From: Patescibacteria group bacterium
GTDB taxonomy: Bacteria; Patescibacteriota; Minisyncoccia; GCA-002772825
DNA length: 64,000 nt
Direction of reading: 5' to 3'
NCBI GenBank assembly: GCA_024654625.1
Contig: JANLHB010000005.1
Coordinates: forward strand, 7,191-71,190
A model generated the notes under the pieces. The model was not told where the DNA came from and ran no database searches. It saw nothing but the letters and a program-made list of their open reading frames with translations. Made by a program: the position numbers and the translations under genes. Positions 58,372 to 64,000 of this stretch are shown here, one piece after another (positions within the stretch are counted from its first letter, which is position 1; the number at the start of each line of letters is the position of its first letter).

Positions 58372-58890
58372 AGGCGACCCTCTCAGTTAGAGTTACGTTA
58401 CTTTACGATATATACAATTCTCGCAATAACTCCTGCCTACTCTTTTTATATATTTCTGGCAGTGAGATTCTCTCTCCGGTTCACCGCATATCCATTGAGG
58501 TGTGTGTGGAACACTTTTATAATATCTCCTTCTTCCTTTCTCTCTCTTTGACATAAGACACCTGCCTTTCTTATCGCGAGATTGGTTTACCAGAGGTAGC
58601 GGTACAATCTTTACAGATGGGACTATTTTTCTGCATCTTCCTACAAGCCTTTGAGTCAGGGTCATTGTCACATTTACGTGGACGGCCTTTCACTCTCTTT
58701 GCCATAAGCAAACCCTCCTTTTTTTTGTTCACCTTCCGTTATTCAATTATAGAGAACCAATGGACGATAATTTACTTCTATATAAAATCTAACCCAAAAG
58801 AATCCTTAACGCAAGAACTGACACGATGTCAACGTGGCAGGTTGACAACATTATTTGCCCTGAAAGAATGTTTAACTTATCATTAAGATA

Positions 58891-59532
58891 ATGATAGTGA
58901 AAGATAAGGAAACATTAAAAAATATTATCGCAATAATAATTATTATTGCGCTCTTTATAATCGTTTCTTATCTTACTCAAAGCTATTCGGAAATAATCAG
59001 AGAAATGGTAATATTAGACGGCATACTTGGCATGCTTCTATATGTCTTCATCACCGTAGTCGCCGTAGTCTTCGCGCCAGTAAGCACTCTTCCATTTCTG
59101 GCTATCGCCTCAGTCTTATGGGGAGGATTTATATCTGCCGTACTTAGCATTATCGGGTGGACTATCGGTTCAGCTATAGCCTTTAATCTCGCAAGGAAAT
59201 ATGGACGCCCGCTCGTCTCTAAATTTATAAACATTAAAAAAATAGAACGTTTTGAAAATATCGTTCCGTCCAAGCATGTCTTCTGGACAATTGTATTTCT
59301 AAGACTCGCTTTACCTGTGGATCTTTTAAGCTACGCATTAGGACTTCTCACCAAAATACCTTTTAGTGTATTTATGTATGCCACGGTGATAGGCCTCACC
59401 CCATTCGCTTTCTTATTTGCTTACGCCGTTGAACTCCCAACTTCTTATCAAATAATAGCCGGCACACTAAGTTTCGTCGTGATAATATTCATCCTCAAGC
59501 AAGTTTACAAGAATCTCCCGCCTAAGGAATAA
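58891..59532 (+). CDS. DedA/TVP38-family membrane protein
   Basis: Polytopic. WGGFISAVLSIIGWTIGSAIAFNLARKYGRP. Confidence 0.55.
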   Translation: MIVKDKETLKNIIAIIIIIALFIIVSYLTQSYSEIIREMVILDGILGMLLYVFITVVAVVFAPVSTLPFLAIASVLWGGFISAVLSIIGWTIGSAIAFNLARKYGRPLVSKFINIKKIERFENIVPSKHVFWTIVFLRLALPVDLLSYALGLLTKIPFSVFMYATVIGLTPFAFLFAYAVELPTSYQIIAGTLSFVVIIFILKQVYKNLPPKE

Positions 59533-60957
59533 CTATACGACCTGCACCAAGATAAGATTAGTCGTCCCCGAGGAGCCGAAGGGAATACCGGCTGAGATCA
59601 CTATTTTATCTCCCTTCTTCACGAGACCGGTCTTTGCCGCCTCTTCTTTAGCGACATCTATCATGGCGTCATGGTCTTTTATATTTTTTATCTTTTTTGA
59701 AAATGTGCCGAAGCTTAAGGCCATCATGTTGCGCACCTTTTCGTCATGAGTAAGGGCGAGGACCGGTTGCTTTGGCCGCCACCTTGAGATCATTCTGGCT
59801 GAAGAACCGGAGCTGGTAAAAACGACGATAAGTTTAGCGTCCAAGCGATAAGCCGTCCGACAGACTGATGCGCTTATAGAATCTACCACCGAGAGGTTGA
59901 TCCCGTCGCTTATAGACTTCAAAACCTGCTCATAAGGGAAAGACTTCTCCGTGTGCCGGCAGACTGAGGCCATCGTCTCAATAGCCTCCACTGGGTAAGC
60001 GCCGAGAGCCGTCTCCTCAGAGAGCATTATAGCGTCTGTGCCGTCAAGCACTGCATTAGCTATGTCGCTCACTTCGGCCCTTGTCGGCCGAGGGTTCTTT
60101 ATCATCGACTCCAAGACCTGAGTCGCGGTGATGACGGGCTTCCCCTTCTCGTTGCATTTTTTTATTATCATTTTTTGGATGAGGGGCACCTCCTCTAAAG
60201 GCACTTCTATGCCGAGGTCACCACGCGCCACCATTACTCCGTAAGCCTCGTCTATTATCTCGTCTAATTTTGAGACGGCTTCCTTTGTCTCTATCTTAGC
60301 GATAACTCCCGCCGAAGAACCACTCTTCTCTATAATCTTCTTAAGCACTTTCACATCTTCCCCCTTCTTCACGAAAGAGAGCGCCACGAAATCAACATCA
60401 TGCTTTAAGGCAAACTCCAAGTCTTTCTTATCTTTAGCAGTGAGAGCCGAAATACCTACGGAGACACCGGGGAGGTTCACCCCCTTCTTCGACTTCAGCT
60501 CCCCTCCCACAATGACGGTAGAGAAGACATTATTTCCCGAGACCTTATCCACCTCAAGCTTCTTTGAGCCGTCTTCCAACATTACAAAATCGCCCTTCTT
60601 TATCTTTAGGGTTATGTCTTTGCAATTGATAGAGACGATACTCTCGTCCCCCATTATGTCGTCCACGGTAAGAGTGAACTTGGCGCCCTTCTTTAGGAAT
60701 ATTTTACCGTCTTTGAAGTCGCCTATCCTTATCTTCGGTCCGGCAAGGTCTGCCAAGATAGCCATAGGCTTATCAAGTGCCTTAGAGACTTTGCGCACCA
60801 TCTTGATCTTGGCAAGGTGCTCAGCGTAGTTACCATGAGAGAAGTTGAGGCGCGCGACATTGAGCCCGGCTTTTGCCATCTTAAGGAGCGTCTCTTCATT
60901 CTCGCTCACCGGACCGATGGTCGCCACTATCTTAGTTTTCTTCGCGTTCGTTAGCAT
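59533..60957 (-). CDS. pyk: pyruvate kinase
   Basis: KTKIVATIGPVSENEETL...NVARLNFSHG. Confidence 0.85.
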   Translation of the reverse strand: MLTNAKKTKIVATIGPVSENEETLLKMAKAGLNVARLNFSHGNYAEHLAKIKMVRKVSKALDKPMAILADLAGPKIRIGDFKDGKIFLKKGAKFTLTVDDIMGDESIVSINCKDITLKIKKGDFVMLEDGSKKLEVDKVSGNNVFSTVIVGGELKSKKGVNLPGVSVGISALTAKDKKDLEFALKHDVDFVALSFVKKGEDVKVLKKIIEKSGSSAGVIAKIETKEAVSKLDEIIDEAYGVMVARGDLGIEVPLEEVPLIQKMIIKKCNEKGKPVITATQVLESMIKNPRPTRAEVSDIANAVLDGTDAIMLSEETALGAYPVEAIETMASVCRHTEKSFPYEQVLKSISDGINLSVVDSISASVCRTAYRLDAKLIVVFTSSGSSARMISRWRPKQPVLALTHDEKVRNMMALSFGTFSKKIKNIKDHDAMIDVAKEEAAKTGLVKKGDKIVISAGIPFGSSGTTNLILVQVV

Positions 60958-61180
60958 AAGATATAAGTTTATATCCTAGGCACCTCTTTAGCAAACCCCG
61001 AGGCGGATTGACATGAATCCAACGGCTCGACCAGCTGAGCCGTTCAAGAGAGGCCTGCCTCCTGCATGCGCCATGCCTGCGCATGCGGGAGGCAGGCGCT
61101 TAGGAAATTATATAATATGAGTAACACGGACGCTAAGGTTGCATTTGAATAAAAATAAGGTAGAATGTTTTAGTAAGTTT

Positions 61181-61256
61181 GGGCCGGTAGCTCATCTGGT
61201 AGAGCGCCTCATTTGCACTGAGGAGGTGGCGGGTTCGAGTCCTGTCCGGTCCACCA
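61181..61256 (+). tRNA. tRNA-Ala (anticodon UGC) with the G3:U70 identity pair and an encoded CCA
   Basis: gggccggtagctcatctggtagagcgcctcatttgcactgaggaggtggcgggttcgagtcctgtccggtccacca folds as a cloverleaf. A TTGCAT-16-TAGAAT promoter lies at 61139-61166 and a terminator hairpin at 61268-61290. Confidence 0.85.
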
Positions 61257-61407
61257 ATTTAAAACATTAGCACCTGAAAAGGTGCTTTTTGTTTTTTGGT
61301 GGACCCGAAGCGAGCCAAATGTTTGGCTCGTGTCAGGACGAGAAAGGATTTTCGTTATGAACGAGCCGGAGGTGAGAGAATCGAAAATCACCTGGATATG
61401 TAATAGC

Positions 61408-61427
61408 CGAGTCCTGTCCGGTCCACA
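61408..61427 (+). repeat. direct repeat of the last ~18-20 nt of tRNA-Ala (an att-like duplicate of the 3' end) 152 bp downstream of the tRNA
   Basis: cgagtcctgtccggtcca at 61408-61425 is identical to 61236-61253. Confidence 0.7.
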
Positions 61428-61495
61428 ACGTCAAAACCCCCTCTTCACAGACGGGGGTTTTGTTTTTCCATTATTTGTGTATAATTATTATTAAT

Positions 61496-61948
61496 ATGAC
61501 AACGTACTTAACACTTGAAGGTTTGGAAAAGATGAAAAAAGAGCTTGAACACCTAAAAACTGTTAAAAGAAAAGAGATAGCCGAAGAACTTGAAACAGCC
61601 ATATCTTTCGGCGACTTAAAAGAAAACGCTTCCTATCAATCAGCCAAAGACGCCCAGGGTCTTATGGAAGAGAGAATAATGGAAATTGAAGACGCAATAA
61701 GAAATTCAGTAGTCGCCAAAAAAAATAAAAGCGATAAAATTCAAATAGGCTCCAAGGTCAAAGCAAAAATTGATAATTCGGAGAAGACCTTCCATATAGT
61801 GAGTCCGAGCGAATCTGACCCGCTTGAAGGAAAGATTTCCTACCAATCGCCGATAGGCAGAGCTCTAATGGAGAAACTCCTTGGAGAAAAAATTAAAATT
61901 GAAACACCAGGCGGAATAAAAGACTGTGAAATACTAAGTATTGAGTAG
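61496..61948 (+). CDS. greA: transcription elongation factor GreA
   Basis: MTTYLTLEGLEKMKKELEHLK...FGDLKENASYQSAKD. Confidence 0.8.
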   Translation: MTTYLTLEGLEKMKKELEHLKTVKRKEIAEELETAISFGDLKENASYQSAKDAQGLMEERIMEIEDAIRNSVVAKKNKSDKIQIGSKVKAKIDNSEKTFHIVSPSESDPLEGKISYQSPIGRALMEKLLGEKIKIETPGGIKDCEILSIE

Positions 61949-61973
61949 TACTATATTTTATTTCACCATTTTA

Positions 61974-62948
61974 CTATCGCTTAAGCGCGATAGTTATAAT
62001 ATGATCCGCAAAATTAGGAAGCGACAGCCCTACAGCCTCTAACGATTTTGGCAGAAGCGACTCAGCAGTCAAACCGGGCAATGTATTGGTCTCCAATAAA
62101 TAAATTCCATTTTTTGATACTATAAAATCAGACCTTGAATAATGTCTGCAATTTAGAGTTTTATGAGCTAAACTGGCAAGACCTTCAATCTTTTTTTTAA
62201 TATCATTCTTAAAACCAGCTGGGCAAATTTCCGCAGATTTTCCGCTGTATTTTGAGTTATAGTCAAAGAATAATCTGTTATTAGGCGGCACAATTTCAAC
62301 AACCGGCAAAGAATAATGCTCTCTCCCCCTGAAACCCTCAACAATACCGCAAGTCGCTTCTTTGCCAACTATATATTCTTCAACCAATATCTTAGAACTA
62401 TATTCAAAAGCAAGAGATATTGAAGAAACAAGGTCATTAAAGCCGTTTGCAACAGATACGCCCAGAGACGAACCTGATGATGCCGGCTTCACAACCCACG
62501 AAGGACCGAGAACTTTCAATACGGAAAGGGCTGCCTCTTTTGGAGTCACTTCATTTGAAATAACAATACCCCTTGGAACCATTATGCCGACATCGGAAAA
62601 AAGTTTTTTACTCATAGCCTTATCCATGGCAAAAAGAGAAGCGGCAACTCCGGAGCCGGTATACGGAGTTCTGAAGCTGTCAAAGATTTGCTGAATCTTT
62701 CCATCCTCCCCATAACTGCCGTGAAGAGCATTAAACGCAACATCAATATTTTTAAAAACTTCTTGAGGAGAAGCGGGTAAGCCGTTTATATGCCATGTTC
62801 CATCCTTTGTAATAAGAATATCCTTTATCTGATATTTTAAAGGAAAATACTGCAAAAGAGCGGAAATAATACTTCCGCCTGTCTTTAAAGATACTTCATA
62901 TTCACCAGATGGTCCTCCTCTAAAAATTCCTACCTTTATCCTACCCAT
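61974..62948 (-). CDS. ddl: D-alanine--D-alanine ligase
   Basis: KVGIFRGGPSGEYEVSLKTG and an ATP-grasp body. Confidence 0.8.
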   Translation of the reverse strand: MGRIKVGIFRGGPSGEYEVSLKTGGSIISALLQYFPLKYQIKDILITKDGTWHINGLPASPQEVFKNIDVAFNALHGSYGEDGKIQQIFDSFRTPYTGSGVAASLFAMDKAMSKKLFSDVGIMVPRGIVISNEVTPKEAALSVLKVLGPSWVVKPASSGSSLGVSVANGFNDLVSSISLAFEYSSKILVEEYIVGKEATCGIVEGFRGREHYSLPVVEIVPPNNRLFFDYNSKYSGKSAEICPAGFKNDIKKKIEGLASLAHKTLNCRHYSRSDFIVSKNGIYLLETNTLPGLTAESLLPKSLEAVGLSLPNFADHIITIALKR

Positions 62949-63000
62949 AAAATTATTATAATTTATTTCTCTTAATTCTTTTTTATAATTATATCACAGA

Positions 63001-64000
63001 TTATATCACAGACCTTAATTTTTTATGATATCCGATGGCAAATCGATGCGCTTCGTAATTAGAAAGAAGTATCTCTTTCTTAAAATTATCAATCTGTTTT
63101 TTTAACCCCAAGAAGCCGGACGGTCTGTGTCTCTCGTCTTTAACCACGCTGACTACCGATATTTTTAATCTATTTTCTCTCAGTATTCTCTCAGCCATAT
63201 TCTTTTGAGCCTTACCGCCGTCTACAACAATCAAATCAGGTAGAGGCCATTCTTTATGAGACAATCTTCTTAACAAAATCTCTCTCAAAGAAGCGATATC
63301 ATCGGACTTCTTTACTCCTTTTATTTTAAATAAACGATAATCTGACTTCTTAAGTCTGCCGTCTTCTAAGACCGTAAATACACCGACTGTAAACTTGCCT
63401 GAGATATGAGCCACATCATAAGCTTCTATTCTAATGCGACGAACCGGCTTATAAGGATAATCGTCATCTTTTATAAGAGCCACATCTTGTATATGATTTA
63501 AAGAAAAAATTTTATTTTTTATAATATCGGCTTTTTCAAATTCGCGATTTTTCGCAAGAAGATTCATCTCTATCTTTAGATTTCTCAATATATTCTTTTT
63601 CTTTCCCTCAAAAAATAATTTTATATTTCTTATTATCTTGGCATAATCTTCTTTTGAAATCTCGCCTGAACATACTCCGGGGCAAAGCCCTATCTGCCTA
63701 TTAAAACAAGCCTTCCCGCTTAAGGGCAGGCACTTGTCTCTAAAAGGAAATATTTTGCGAATAATCTTAAGAGCGTCTTTTAGGCTTCCCCCTTGAGGAA
63801 ACGGACCGAATAAATATTTAACTTTAATATTTTTGGCTTTCCTCTCATCTTTCTCAATATCACGGCGGCGAAGCGCGAGTAAACGCGGAAATTCCTCCTC
63901 AGTAATTGCAATATAATTGAAACTCTTATCGTCCTTTTCTTTAATATTATATTTCGGCTGATATTTTTTTATAAGATTCGCTTCAAGTATCAGAGCCTCC
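63001..64000 (-). CDS. uvrC: excinuclease ABC subunit C (partial; the N-terminus lies beyond the window). The protein ends shortly after the RNase H-like region, apparently without the (HhH)2 tail.
   Basis: EALILEANLIKKYQPKYN... and LIVVDGGKAQ...EAHRFAIGYHKK. The frame stays open to the window edge. Confidence 0.65.
   Translation of the reverse strand, partial: EALILEANLIKKYQPKYNIKEKDDKSFNYIAITEEEFPRLLALRRRDIEKDERKAKNIKVKYLFGPFPQGGSLKDALKIIRKIFPFRDKCLPLSGKACFNRQIGLCPGVCSGEISKEDYAKIIRNIKLFFEGKKKNILRNLKIEMNLLAKNREFEKADIIKNKIFSLNHIQDVALIKDDDYPYKPVRRIRIEAYDVAHISGKFTVGVFTVLEDGRLKKSDYRLFKIKGVKKSDDIASLREILLRRLSHKEWPLPDLIVVDGGKAQKNMAERILRENRLKISVVSVVKDERHRPSGFLGLKKQIDNFKKEILLSNYEAHRFAIGYHKKLRSVI

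Noticed and set aside
58393-58886. Overlapping ORFs on both strands (58393-58671 minus; 58617-58886 plus) in a CT-rich low-complexity stretch.
   Set aside because: The coding strand cannot be decided. The basic Cys-containing minus-strand product is kept out of the feature list. The plus-strand ORF has no start context.
61282-61494. 70-aa ORF between the tRNA-Ala duplicate ends.
   Set aside because: It spans two terminator hairpins and the att-like repeat. It has no RBS and is almost certainly non-coding.
1-64000. A search by eye for CRISPR arrays, rRNA genes, prophage structural genes, retrons and DGRs.
   Set aside because: There are no regularly spaced direct repeats. There is no reverse transcriptase and no capsid, terminase or portal signature. 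Apart from tRNA-Ala, no long conserved RNA gene was recognised.

Overview
The window is AT-rich, compact bacterial DNA whose gene content and style resemble an uncultured low-GC lineage, possibly Patescibacteria/CPR; this guess rests on gene content only. The core backbone carries housekeeping genes: argS (3' end), aspS, scpA/scpB, a dacA-like carboxypeptidase, mraY, ftsW, murG, gltX, truB, thiI, ppiB, a sigma-70 factor, typA, cspA, mreBC, proS, rseP, frr, ychF, pyk, tRNA-Ala, greA, ddl and uvrC (partial).

The main feature is a ~17.6 kb accessory segment (about 286-17910) between argS and aspS. Six co-oriented partial copies of the 3' end of a sensor histidine-kinase gene (the HATPase_c part, ending TFFVELP[KR]G*) punctuate it. 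Their lengths fall from about 545 bp to about 34 bp. Each copy sits within 5-60 bp upstream of a different cargo module:
- a threonine-dehydratase-like/cystathionine-gamma-synthase-like PLP fusion, a GNAT and a divergent class I aaRS;
- a NUDIX hydrolase and a radical SAM-SPASM protein;
- an HExxH protein, a Trp/Asp/Gly-rich 60-aa peptide and a second radical SAM-SPASM enzyme (RiPP-like);
- a HepT/MntA pair;
- a NUDIX hydrolase and a SAM methyltransferase;
- a second HepT/MntA pair, followed by a hydrolase, an RNHCP protein and an ABC exporter.
No intact kinase gene and no integrase is visible.

The copies differ mostly at synonymous positions and are mosaic, which suggests independent coding histories. 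I interpret the segment as a tandem array of site-specifically acquired cassettes or islets that target a kinase-gene 3' end, or an integron-like cassette system that does not use attC sites.

Two further loci show the same signature of a duplicated gene 3' end: tRNA-Ala, and the gene at 28.2 kb. There are also an IS30 element downstream of mreC, a REP-like palindrome family, a conserved ~75-bp intergenic element found twice, strong intrinsic terminators, leaderless-type promoters and a candidate structured RNA. No CRISPR array and no rRNA were seen.
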